Below are positions 1 to 12,707 of a stretch of DNA of 64,000 bases, piece after piece. Location: positions 1,240,001 through 1,304,000 of the forward strand of contig JBNJNM010000006.1 in NCBI GenBank assembly GCA_052426225.1, given 5' to 3'. This DNA comes from Zancudomyces culisetae HAW-14-8. Lineage: Eukaryota; Fungi; Kickxellomycota. Position 1 is the first letter of the stretch; every line of letters starts with the position of its first letter. Position numbers and translations under genes: made by a program. The notes under the pieces were generated by a model, which was not told where the DNA came from, did not search any database, and saw nothing but the letters and a program-made list of their open reading frames with translations.

Positions 1-1511
1 GGTTTAAACTGATTTTTATAGATTTAGTACTTTCATTGAATGCTACCATAGTTGATCAACTCCTAAAAACGAATATTCAATAAAGATATTCAATTAATAA
101 AAAATATTGGTACATACAAATAATTATATCTTGGTGTTAGCATATTGTTTCAAGATTTCAGTACATTAAAAAACATAAAAATTTCCACTTTGAAAGAATT
201 GATCCTTAGTCATTGTAAAGTGAGTTATCAGAGGAAAACTTATCAAAAAAATATTAATTAGAATAAGAAATATTTAAATGGAAATGAGTAGGTACTAAAT
301 AAGTGCATGAGAAGAAATAATGTGGCGATTTCAATGCATCCCAGTCCAACCTAATGTAAAGTATTGAGATTTTACACTGTTATAATAAAATGAATTAAAA
401 TAATAAAAATTAAACTAAATATTTCAGTTTGGATAATAGGGCCATCTATAACTAGTTTGAGCAGATTGTACCATACCTTAAAAATAACCGCTTTAATCTT
501 CTATAAGATATCCTATCTTTCATATACAGTTTATAAATACATCAGCATATCAATCTCTAACATACTCAACTAAAATGACTGTGTTAACAACGTTACAGGA
601 GTTAGGGATTTACAATTAACTGTAATAATTTAATTATTTTTTGAATCCAGCCATTTGTAATTAAAAGGATGTATGTACCGATTTTGAAATAAGATTTAAG
701 GGCACTTGTGGTAGGATCAGATCGAATCTAAAAGTTGCAATTATTTTAGTAAAACTTCATGCTTGAATACAATTCTAGGTAATCATTCTTAGCTTTAATT
801 AAAATCCTTTCATCTCGTAGATTATTTAAACAGTATTCTTCAGTTTACAGAACATCAAAAAATTAATTCTAGATAACAATAATATAGTAGTGACACTCGA
901 AGTCTTTAGAAACAATAAAATTAGGTAATCTCAGCGAATAATTCTTGATGTTAACGGTAGGTTGTCATTAATCTAGTTAAAACAACTTCTTTAAAAGATT
1001 CTCTGCATATATAGAAATAGTTCGAGAGTAGGCTTTAACTTTATTAGTTGACACTACAAACAAACAACATTTAAAACTTTTCTTGTTTTATAATCTAGTA
1101 CAAAGGTTTATCTAATAATTAGTATTAAAAGAGACGATCTACCAAACACGCTGTAGAATGACAGTCAGTACATCATTAATGAGGTTATGCCTAGTGTTTT
1201 TATGTTTATGAGTAATATATTATTGTATGTTAAATAAATAGCAGGTCTGGGCTCATTTCAAAATGAATATCGTTATTCCTAGAGAATAAATCGACTAGAG
1301 TTATAGAAAAGCAACTACGCTGCCAAGTCCATAGTGCCAAATCCAATTTATCGGCATATCCATATAATAATGTGTCTTGAAGTTACTCAATCCATTCTGC
1401 AAAAAGTGTAAAAAGCACATCACTTTTTGAGATTACAACAAACAAACATTGAATTCCCTTTTAATTCTACAATCCAAATTAGAATAGAAAAAAGAAAAGA
1501 AACTCCCAAAA

Positions 1512-1928
1512 ATGATCAAGTCAGCGATTATCAACACCTTGGTACTCAGTTCAACTCTTGCTTTCAGTGTACAGAATACAAAAAATATAGATGTACAAGA
1601 ACCAGGTGAAAACAGTGCCTCAGACGCCAAGTTTAACAACATGAACTGTGAACCAAGAAGGTTGAACGTTCAATTGTTTTCAGGTCTTAAATGGACCAGA
1701 CATATAGGAACTTTTCTTCCCAGAGCAATCAAGTGCTACAATGAACTTAAATTTAAAACTTTCAAAATGGGTAGTGTAAAACCCAACAGTTATTACCTGA
1801 TGTATTTTAGTGAAGCTGATTGTCAAGGTAAATGTGCTCAGGTGTTTAGAATGGTTGAAAAACAATTTATTGTGGATGTTAGCCCAGTGGGTCGTTATGC
1901 ATTGTCCTACAAATGGGGTACCCTTTAA
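1512..1928 (+). CDS. Small secreted Cys-containing protein (138 aa), unknown function
   Basis: ATG-initiated ORF with signal-peptide-like N-terminus (MIKSAIINTLVLSSTLAFS), four Cys, higher GC than flanks; no family recognised. Confidence 0.7.
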   Translation: MIKSAIINTLVLSSTLAFSVQNTKNIDVQEPGENSASDAKFNNMNCEPRRLNVQLFSGLKWTRHIGTFLPRAIKCYNELKFKTFKMGSVKPNSYYLMYFSEADCQGKCAQVFRMVEKQFIVDVSPVGRYALSYKWGTL

Positions 1929-2859
1929 AATAAATAGTAAATGACTTTTTTACTAGTTATTGAATTTGACTTTAGAATTAATAGAATATCTAAATAAGAT
2001 ACAACTATTCTATTGAATTTAAAAAGTTTAGTTGAATGAAATCAAAACATTAATATTATGCGAATGACAAATACAATTATTACCCTCATCACTCCCACGA
2101 AAACCTAGCTCAAACGATAGTAAATGTGCATCAGAAAACAAGGGAATCACTTTACTATGGTTTTAAATTTACTAAATTTAGATGTTATATCTTTTTAAAA
2201 TTCTAGTACCAGTATCGTGATATTAGCATCATTTATACAATGTTACTAAGATTAACTCTCTTTATATAGATTTAGTACATCCACCGAATTTCATGATAAA
2301 GAATCAACTGATAAAAACTAGTAAATAGGAAATTTGTTGAGAATTAATAAATATTGGTTATACAGACTTTTATCTGGAAAAGATAAACTTATTTAATAGA
2401 AAATGGTTGTACTGTAATGATGAGCTCGGAAGCAGATTCACATTTAACTTTAGTACTGCCAGGTCAGGGATAATTAACGCGAACTACGAGATCAGGTCAA
2501 TATGTTGTATTTAAAATGGTATAATAAGTTGGTTGGCTATATCAACCAATTCATTCTGAAAAGTAAGTGAACCAACCCAGAGTATTGTATATATATTTTT
2601 TCCAAAAGGATAACAGATGATAAAAATAAAGAGAAATTGGGTATTTAGAGCAAGCTTGCCATTAATATCTTTATAAAAGTATAAATCATAATTTTTATTC
2701 ATGATACCCTTTGCGTTCTTGTGACGGAACAGTATGATATTTTTATTCGTTTTTGTTTTGTGTAAGAATATTTGAATCTATCAAAGTATATATTTGTATT
2801 AGCATAAAATAAGAACAGGGAATCACAAATAAAAGTATTCGAGAAATATTTTATAAAAA

Positions 2860-4192
2860 ATGTAGCGAGTTTGAAGGAGGAGGTGAAGGTCAACATGAAG
2901 AAATCCAACAGATACAATAAAGTAACGATGGGGGTGAAGAGCAGGAAGATCAGAAACAAAGTATTATTGAAAGATGGGAAACCAGTGGTGAAGAAGATGT
3001 AGAGGAGTCAAATATTGCAAAGAGGCTAATCCGTAGTGATAGCAGTAAAAGTAAAAGCAAAAATATCAAGATTAACCTCAAAGGGGAGCAAATCGAAGGG
3101 CGAAAACTACGAAAGCGATGTGGAAGAAAACAAAAGAAAAAAAACAACCTGAAGCTGAATCCTCAAACAGAGATAATGAAGGTTTGAATGCTAGTTCAGC
3201 GAGAAAGGGTGACCGCGTTGAGTGTTGTTCAATGTGTAAAGCCAAATTATTGGTACGGGAAGGGTAAATAAACGATAACGGTAAACGAAGGATACTATGT
3301 CTAACCTGTGACAGATATATGAAAAAAGTATGAACAAGCAAAACAAAATCGCGAGCTAAAAAAGCTAGGAGTTCTAGTTCGTTCTGTGTTACAGATTGGA
3401 AAAAATGTAAGAGCAGCCACAAATACAACAAAGGTAAACAACGGAAGTGGAATGAAAAAGACAACTCAGAAAAAGAAGGTGGTCAAAACTGAAGGCGGAT
3501 TATTACGGATAGATTTGGGTATTCTCAGTTTGCAGGATTTATGTGTTCGAGTAATCGGGAAATATATAAAGGACATCACTTCATTTGAAGACATCTCTTC
3601 AGGTGCCATGAATAAAGTGTGTAGGATTATTAGTAAATACCGGCTTTTGGATAACGACAAACTTCAGCTCTTTTTAATATCAACACAGGAACAAAGAACA
3701 GATTTTGTGTTGTATGAATTACAAATATAGATGGGGGTGGGTTATTGAGATTTTATGATTCTGCTAGTGGAAAACGAATCAAGCGGGTTTTTACCCATTC
3801 ATTTAGATTTGGTTGGAGTTTACGATATTGATGACAAAGCTTTAATTTCAAGTCTCAGGCATTCTGGCTCTACTCTACAATATTTGAGTCTACACTCCGC
3901 AGATCAATTTTTAGCAATTAATGATCTTTCTGCCTTTTCTGGTACTTTTATTTTCAGTACAGACCAGGATAATAATAGCAGCAAAGATAAAAATAGCACA
4001 GGCACAAACAGTTCTCAACTCAAAACACCACCGACAGTTACTCTTCCAATATGCAAAAACCTACACACACCAAACCTTTCATTTGTAAGGTCTACTGATG
4101 ACTCTGCCATCACCACTCTCTTCTCTAATCGCCCTAGTTTATCTACAATTCATGTGAATAAAATCTCGAATGTCATCCCACTAACTTCTTAA
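2860..4192 (+). pseudogene. RAD7: RAD7/rhp7-like nucleotide-excision-repair LRR protein, fragmented
   Basis: Acidic N-terminal region, CxxC...CxxC remnant (CSMC...CLTC, ~3225-3310), then SLQDLCVRVIGKYIKDITSFEDISSGAMNKVCRIISKYRLLDNDKLQLFL resembling the fungal Rad7 core, then LRR-like pieces (LQYLSL, LHTPNLSFV); broken by stops and frameshifts; start approximate. Confidence 0.65.
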
Positions 4193-5582
4193 TCTGGTTG
4201 GCCACGAGCCTGGTAGTTTTTGAGCGGGATTTATTGTTCTCTCGCCATCTCTGCTGTCTATTTATGTACACAACGCCATATTTGTTTAATCTGGATGATT
4301 TTTTCCGTTGATTACGCATATAATTTCCTTTTTTGTCAGACTCTTTGCATAATAATTTGCTTTTACATAAAAATTAAAGGATACTGCGCGAATTTACCAT
4401 TTTGGGAAATTGAACTAATCTATACAATAGATTCCAAATGCAAATAGACCCATTAATACCCATGACCACCGAAAAGAGATTTAAAAATCGCTTTGTAGCC
4501 TCTGGAAACACTTGTAACTATAAATAGCTCATTCAAATTTAATAATAAATTAAAAAATGAAATCAGCTAGGGGTAGTTATTATTTTTTTGATTTGTAGTT
4601 CGTGTTTCACGCATTTGACCTCAAGATATCTTGCAAAATATTAAATAACAGCTTTGGTTTACGTGTAGTTTTTTCACGCTAGTAGTTAAAAAAGTAAAAA
4701 AACATCTATCTACTCTGTGGAAATATGTTTACTTTGATTCTAAACAATTTACTAAAAATTCTAAAGAGGTTGTGGATACCAAAATATATAGTTTTCTGTA
4801 GAATATTATACCATTATTCTATGCAGTTTAAATCAAAAGTTTTATTTTTTCTTTTACCACAATTTTTCAGCAATATACTTTCACTAGCTAGTGTGTCTGT
4901 GGTCAAATTCAGTCGAGAACATACTGTTCTAACAATATCGCTCGTTATTGTGTGCGTCTATTTACCATTGGGCTAATAGTTAGATGATTGATAGCAAAAG
5001 CTGTTATTAATGTCATTTGAGTGTGTCACCAAGATTAATTGGAATAATCAGCTAAAACGAATAAGTTCTTGTTTATGGCATTGTATCATTCTTGTTAATA
5101 TACAAAGACGCCAATTTCTAGATTTAGGATTAAAGGTATTGTAAAGTTTTTATTTCAAAGTAGATCCAATAATCTATTTAAAAATCAGCAAAAATATTTT
5201 AATTACGTACTAATCAATAACTAATTACAAATACAATTAAATATATACGGGTCCTTGCGATCTACACTTTGAAGTATATCATTTACTAGAGCAAATTATC
5301 TGAAAAAAATGTACATGTATCATGATATAAAAGTTGACACTAAAAATATATCAGGTTGTTACTTAGTCGAATACCTTTTGTCGCTCCCAAAAAACACATG
5401 TTTTCAAGCAATATTTCTCCTAATCTAAAAATAGATGATGCTAAATATATCATAAGTGCTAGAGGCTTGTTAAAGTTAAAAACTTTGTTTAGAATTATAA
5501 CACTGAAATGGTACTTGTTTAAAGGGTTAATGGATCAAATTAAAATATAACAGAAAATGTTTAAAAACCAGCACTTTTTACC

Positions 5583-5590
5583 TATATAAA
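5583..5590 (+). promoter_or_regulatory. Possible TATA box of the 5691 gene
   Basis: TATATAAA about 100 bp upstream of the ATG; weak evidence in AT-rich DNA. Confidence 0.3.
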
Positions 5591-5690
5591 AAGTTACAAT
5601 TCATAGTATTCAATACATACATTGACCTACTAGTACACAGACTCATTCATAAGTATAATTATAAACTTAAAAAAAAAAGAATTCGAAAAA

Positions 5691-6938
5691 ATGAAATCAA
5701 GTACATATACAGCATTATTGCCATTGGTATTAGCACGCTTGCTATCACCAATGGTGGAAGCATCCACTATCTCCACCTCACCAATTGGTCCTACTTTATC
5801 AACTAGCTCAAGCTCATCAACTAGCTCTGAGAATGTTAACTGTTTTGATTCTGTCAGTCAAATCGAGGTTGCACAAGGGTCTGGTGATAGTTCAGTTTAC
5901 AGTTATAACTGGGACAGTGCTACTGATGTTTCTTGCCCATCTCAGGACTATCTTGTTACATTTGACATTGATCAAACCTCCGATATCTATTTTACAATCG
6001 GTACTCAAAAGACGTTGTCCACAGGTGCTGAGATCATTGAAGGTGTAATCGGTGTAAATACAGGAACATGGTATATTGGATCTTCAGTTTATCATAAGGA
6101 ACAAGATGTCATTTCAGGAGCGGCAGATACTCAAGAAGTATATATCCGAGTTAACAGTTCAGGAATTAGCATTGGATTGGTAGGAAATAGCAAACCGATT
6201 TTGACACTGTCACCAACTGACTATGATGTTAGCTCATTCAAGAACTCACCAAATGCATGGCTTGCATTCGGAGCCGAGAAAGATTCGGTAAAAATCCAAA
6301 ATGTAGAGTACAACTGTAATGATGCCAACTGTGTAAATCCAACATCAAGCCCAACCGGTCCTACATCACCAACTGGTCCAACCACTTCTACTACAACAAC
6401 CGCTTCAACTACATCAACCGCTTCAACTACATCAACCACTTCAACAACATCACCAACCACTCCAGAATGTAAATCATCTATCTATGATTACTTTCACATT
6501 GATGTATCATCCACTAACAAGAACAAAGATTATGACTTTGCGAATGCTCTTACGATTCCATGTGATGAAAATGACTTCACGTTCGAAGCTCATGTCCCTA
6601 CTGACTCTGATTTCTTTGTAGTTCTCATGGATAAGGACGGATACTATAGCCCTAATGGTGTAATAGAAGCGCAGTTTGGTGTGTCATCTGGTACCAGTTC
6701 CATTAAAAAGGGTAAATATGCTTTGGTTAAACGAAGCAATATTTTCACAAGGGCCAGCTCGCAAACCATCAAAATTGTTTACAAGAATCCTTTACTTCAA
6801 ATATTCATTAACAATTCGCTCAAGGCATCATATAAGGTATCCAACTTTAATATGGTCAACTTGGCCATGGCACCATTTAAAGGTACAGCAAAAGTTCTCT
6901 ACCGAACGTTCTATTGCGCATACAGGTGTAGCAACTAA
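5691..6938 (+). CDS. Secreted protein with two related Cys-bounded beta-rich domains joined by a Ser/Thr/Pro linker
   Basis: 415-aa ORF, signal peptide, two similar domains (CPSQDYLVTF..SDIYF..IIEGVIGV; PCDENDFTFE..SDFFV..VIEAQFGV), linker with PTSPTG and TTAST repeats. Confidence 0.85.
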   Translation: MKSSTYTALLPLVLARLLSPMVEASTISTSPIGPTLSTSSSSSTSSENVNCFDSVSQIEVAQGSGDSSVYSYNWDSATDVSCPSQDYLVTFDIDQTSDIYFTIGTQKTLSTGAEIIEGVIGVNTGTWYIGSSVYHKEQDVISGAADTQEVYIRVNSSGISIGLVGNSKPILTLSPTDYDVSSFKNSPNAWLAFGAEKDSVKIQNVEYNCNDANCVNPTSSPTGPTSPTGPTTSTTTTASTTSTASTTSTTSTTSPTTPECKSSIYDYFHIDVSSTNKNKDYDFANALTIPCDENDFTFEAHVPTDSDFFVVLMDKDGYYSPNGVIEAQFGVSSGTSSIKKGKYALVKRSNIFTRASSQTIKIVYKNPLLQIFINNSLKASYKVSNFNMVNLAMAPFKGTAKVLYRTFYCAYRCSN

Positions 6939-9900
6939 GTTTTTCATTAACTTGTTTTTTTTGGCTCTAGGTTTTGAAATGTCCATTATAATAAATTTGG
7001 TGAACAACTCAATAAACCTTTCAATACACAGCTAATTTTTTTAGTTGTGTTTTAAAGGTAACACTCCAGAAATCAGAAGTAAAAATTAATTAGTGGTTAT
7101 GAGAAATGACAAAATAGACTAGTCAAATAATACTACAGTAAAAATACATTCAATATTTCAAGTTCAAATCTGAAAATGATTGAGTTACATGAAACTTGAA
7201 GAGATAGGTAGTTGTTCTATCTATTAATTAGGCGTCACAGGATCTGGTTAATATACAAGGAGAGGAGAGATAATCCAAAATTTTACTTTTAGTCAAACTG
7301 TAAAAGCAAGATTCTTAGATAGAGTCTGTCGAGCGAGGGTTATTATCTGGGTCAATTATGCTCTTAGTATACCGCTGAACCAACGCCCAGTGGGTAAAGT
7401 GTCTCTAGATGAACAGGAGAGAACGGGTTAATAGATACTGTGTAGTATAGGTTTTTTGTTAGTTTTGTGTGGTACGTAACAAGTAATTTGATTGAGAAAT
7501 AAATACCTTTGCATTCATTTGACTACAAAGGATTCATAATTTTATAGCTCAGATATACAAAACACATATACCACACTTTCCATCTAAAATATCAATATTG
7601 TTGATAAGTAGTTTGATAATACTACAATAGCATGATACAATGATAAAATCAAAAATAAAAGACAGTATCACATTCCACAAACACCATTTAACATCCAAGA
7701 GAACCCTAATGCCACGCTACCCATTCTGTCTTCTTTTCATTTTTCAAGTTGTAATAAGAATTTTTGGAGTTAATTTTATTAGATTTTTGAAACTTGTAAA
7801 CTTTTCAGGCCTTAAGTATACACTTTCTGATTTATTTATGAGTGAATTATAGTTGTCAAGTTAAAATTACACAATGAAAATAAAATCAATACCTAGTATA
7901 CTGCAAAAAGAAAAAAAAATCATGTAATTAAACATTACTAGATGGCTCCCATTTTTTAAAATGCTAATCAACTCAAGTAAAAACAAGTATCCCAACCCGA
8001 AATAAAAAATGAAAACAAACCCAGACTCTAATATTCAATAAAACAACTTTACTCCTTACTTTAGCTGTACAAATATAGCAGTTTTGGTATATCTCGCAAT
8101 GGTCAACATCCAGACAGCCGCTTTAATAATAGGAACTATTCTGAGATTAATCTCGATGTGTATAAATTATTAAAGGATACAAATAGAAAATCAAGAGCAG
8201 AAACCGAGCAGAAACCGATAAAATCCGCGAAGAAAATGAAAAAAAGCAATCAGAGGATGAATTAGAAATTAGGCGCATAAAAATATGTGTCAACTACGGG
8301 CTAGAGACAAGTAATCAGATATTTCGCAGTGCATCCCAGAATATATCTACCACAACTGATAGTAATACTTTGTAGAATATTACCTTTGATTCAAAGAAGC
8401 TCAAAATTGTTTTTCTTGGTTTGTAAAGCATATTTAGCTGCGGCGGTTGTCCGTTAAAAAGCTTTTGTTGAGGCTGAGTTTCAATTTATCGATTTTTTTT
8501 ATAGCTGCTTAATCAAGCGGGTATATTATTCAAGAAGTATTAAAGTGAAGGGATGGATTTTAGCCTTTAGAAGAGTACCTGACTCTACCCTAAAATGGCC
8601 TTGGAAAAATGTTTCTACCTGCTTATTTTTTTTTGGATATGATTAATCCTTCCCTTTTACATAATATAGCCTACTGTCCAAACAATAATGATAATGGAAA
8701 GAATAGCTTGTACTAAACTTATTTTACCACTCACCTATGATGATACTATCTATTTCAATAGTCTTTTCAAAATATGGAAAAAATTCACAGTAACCCACTT
8801 CAAAAAGAAAAAACTAATGGTAAAAATAGTCAATCAAACTGGTTATTAGCGAAATGGTGCACTGTATAAATTTAATTCGCGATTATGTTGTGTATATTCA
8901 GCACAGAGATTAGTATTTATTGGAGAATATATGACCTCGGTATAATACTTTGAATTTTACTCTTACATTTCAATTTATCAATCTTTCTATATAATTTATT
9001 TCAATTATTTTGTTATCTACGATCTTAGACCTTAAAATAATTTTAAGGAGCATATTTTTTACCTTTTGGCGTAGAAATACACATTAACTCTGCAATATTT
9101 TCTGCAATAATAAATGAATATACCTAGCTATAATACTTGTGCTTCTAATTAATCTGTTTATATCACTTTTAGTGTTATAGCTTGATATCTAATTTATAAT
9201 GGAATTATACAGTTGTGCGTTTTCATAGATTTTTTCGGTACACGACATTCAGAACAAGTAGCTAAACTATTCTCAGTTAATTGGAGCAAAATATAAATCA
9301 CCTATAATATTATTTCTGGGAGATATAACATACTACTAGAGTATTAAAGATCATTGTAAAATTCAAACTGACGTGCAGCAAGTCACACTTTTAATTGTTT
9401 GGATGTTTAAACTGTAACACCCAAGGGTTTTTTTAATACTGACAGAGATTTGAACTGTTCTATTCTACTGTCTATTTTATACTAGAAATCTAATTACAGT
9501 CAAAGAGAGGATTCAATATTTTATAATTGGAAGCAAGTTTGGAATAGACGACCAGACTTGTAGAAAGATATATTGAATGTTTCGCAATCATGAACACAAA
9601 TAAAAAAAGTTGAATAATTCCATTATTTTACAGCACCTACTAGTAAAACAGACTAGAGGTTTCCATCTGATCTACCCAATTCCCCAGTCAACAGTTTACA
9701 ACCATAAATATATTTACTGAAATTTTATTTAGGTTTCAGGGATATTTATGTTGACATTTACGAAATTAATAGATTCACTATTGTGTTTAACTGAATCAAA
9801 AACCCCCAATCTAGATCCTAAATCGACAATAATTATACTGTTTTAAAGTATCCTATTTGATATCAAAATAGTTGAGTAACTGACCATGTTGAGCTCAATA

Positions 9901-11106
9901 TTGATTTTGACTCTTGTAAAAAGAGTATGTCTTAAATACAAGGCTTTTGTATTCTACTTAAAGAGAAAAACTTGATTACCATTAAGTTAAGCGGATAGTA
10001 AGTTATGCTAGCCATTGTGGGTAAATAAATCAAAAATGCAACCAAGTAAACAGTTAAAATAGCTCTCTTGTTGACTCACAAAACAATGTACATGTGCTAC
10101 GTAATATAGATGGTCTAGTTACTTTTCCTGGCTGACACCATATCAATATACTAGTAAAAGTAAAGGAGTGATTCAAATGATCAATATTCTGAATGTGATA
10201 GTTTTTGGTTTATGCACTGTTTACTAAAGTGTTATATATCAACACTATTGGTTCATCAAGAGAACTGCAGGTGTATGATTTTGTACGCTTAACAGGTAAA
10301 ATGAAATAGTTCCGTTTTTATAAACCCTGTTTATTCGTAATACATTCCAACAAAAGGAATTTCATATGAAAAATATTCTACTTTTCCAAGCGAGTGTTGG
10401 TAGAAGAACTATTTTTTTTCCAAAAATTCTTGTTTTTGGATGTTTAGGCTTTATTGTTATCTAAGAATACATACATACCTTACCAAAAAAAAACTGTAAA
10501 AAACAAAAACCCTGCTTACCAAAAACAACGACTTTCCAATTATTTAAACAGTCTGTAAAAAAACAAGACTTTTTTATTCCAATTTTAGAACGTTTGGAAG
10601 GAAAAGAAAAAGAGGAGGAAGAGGAGAAAGAAAAAAAGGAGAAGGAGGAGGAAGATGAAGGGATTACTGAAATACAGAATTGATTATTCGGTTCCTATTT
10701 TGGTGTATTTCATTTACCTATTTTGGTTTGCAAAAGGTCCCTAGACTATTACAGCCTGGAGAGTTGGTTTTCTTAGAGATGTTTGGTTATTTTGTTGGTA
10801 TAAATAGGTCGGTATGGAACCTAAGAAAAAGCAGTACACGTTTTCGAACAGTTTATTTTTTTTTTGCAAAGTTTTCAATAGCACTATTATTGACATAGTA
10901 TTATTATATTTTTTTGTAGAGTTTAGCAAACAAAGAGACATATCATATTTCGATATACGTTTACTAACAGAACAGTTAATATAATTGACGTAGTTAATAA
11001 TAAAAGGTAATCTTTAAACTGTAACTTAGGAAGTTAGCGAATAAATACTACTACAGAGACTAAGGCGCTTTCAAACAGCTCAAATTTATTGTCAAACTTA
11101 GAAAAA

Positions 11107-11826
11107 ATGATTTTAAAGAGTACCTTCTTCTTGGTCTTGTTGAGTGAAATGACCCAGGCTGCAAATACTCGGATGAGCCGTACTTCTCCTTTCTTTCAGG
11201 GCGACGTATTCCACTGTGCTACTGGAAATCAGGAAGTTTGTAGTTACAAGGATGTTATCTGGAATAGGGATCTCAAAGCCAGTATTATGCCAGCAAAACT
11301 GGTCGAACCAAGTGTCACCTTGATTGAGTACCCAGAAGCGGTACCTTCCAGGTTTGAAAAACGTGCTTTTAATAGGGTTAGACCTTACTTTCAAAATATG
11401 TCTGCATGGTGTGCAAGGAATAAACAGGAAACAATGAATTTCCATATTTAAACCTGGGGCCCTACGAATTTCCTTAGAAATTATGAAGGAAGGTCATGCT
11501 TTAGCGAGTTGTTTGATAGTATTCGCTGTGGCGATGCCTCAGCAATAGAAAGAGGTGGAAATTGTTGGTGTGGCTACATCTTGGGTTCAGAAGTTGATTC
11601 AATCCAGTTCCGAAGAAAGCAGATTGAGTTCAAAAGCGAATGGGATGGCAGAATGAGAATGGATTTCGAGGTTATGTCTAACAGTAACAAAAAAGTGGGT
11701 TTAACTATTGATTGCACAAATAAAGAAAATGTCGAGAGGACTCTTGACAAATGGTATACTGGAGGTACCAGTACTGGCTATAGTGGAAATTGGTACAAGA
11801 ACATTGATTTAGGGGTTGCAGATTAA
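11107..11826 (+). pseudogene. Secreted protein gene (~239 codons) interrupted by one in-frame TAA at 11449-11451
   Basis: ORFs 11089..11451 and 11509..11826 share a frame and the gap is open (NFHI*TWGPTNFLRNYEGRSCFSELFDS); signal peptide from ATG 11107. Confidence 0.7.
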
Positions 11827-12707
11827 TAAAATTAGAAGGTATAAATAGATAGTGAATCTTGGATAAAATTATTAAAGGGGTTCGGGGCTTGAGGAGAGGA
11901 GGATAAACCATATAATTTGTTAATAGTCTTTTTTAGTAGTTGTTAGTATATATTCTACTTATTTATTTAGTTTTATGGAAGGTCCTAGGTTTTTACTTCC
12001 CAGAAGGGATGGTTTTCCTACAGACTTTTATTTTTTTCATTTAATATATAAGCAACTTTGGAACAAATCAAAGGAAAGAGATAGAGAATGTTTATTTATT
12101 TTTGATACAGGGGAGTTATTCCGCAGTTATTATTTTTTATTTATATTTTTTCATTCCGCAGTTTTGATCCAGAATTAATTCGGAATGCACCGTAATAATA
12201 TTAATTGTTTTAGACAATTAATGGATATGTCAAATTCAGATCGGGCCTATTAGCAGACGTAAATCACAACACTTTAGGGGTTTTTTTTCGATATAGACAA
12301 ATAAACAGCGTAATAGAATTATTGGTACAAATAAAAAACTGATTTTGTGTAATGAAAAAATTTTATACAAGCTAATTGATTTTTGTCTAGTTAACAAAAT
12401 AAAACATAAATCAATAGGAACATTGCGAGTATTAAAATGTTTTTAATTGAAAACGTTTAATGACTGTTAGATTCCGTAAATAATGAATTAATAAAATAAT
12501 ATTTGCCCTATTGAATTTGTTAAATATGTATTATTTATTGATAGAACCAAATTTAGAATAATACCTTGAGCTTCGAAAAAAATCGGAGAAAAGGATTTAG
12601 ATTTAAGACGCTGGCTACAAGGTGTAAACAATACTTAAAAGGTAAAGAATGAAAATTCTTTAAATTTACCGTGATTATAAATTACACTTACTCAAAAAAG
12701 ACGATAA

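Noticed and set aside
7000-10600. Locally GC-richer patches (~7300-7440, ~8200-8600) as gene remnants
   Set aside because: No sustained reading frame or recognisable motif
10596-10665. Purine-rich GA tract
   Set aside because: Low complexity, with no supporting ORF or element structure
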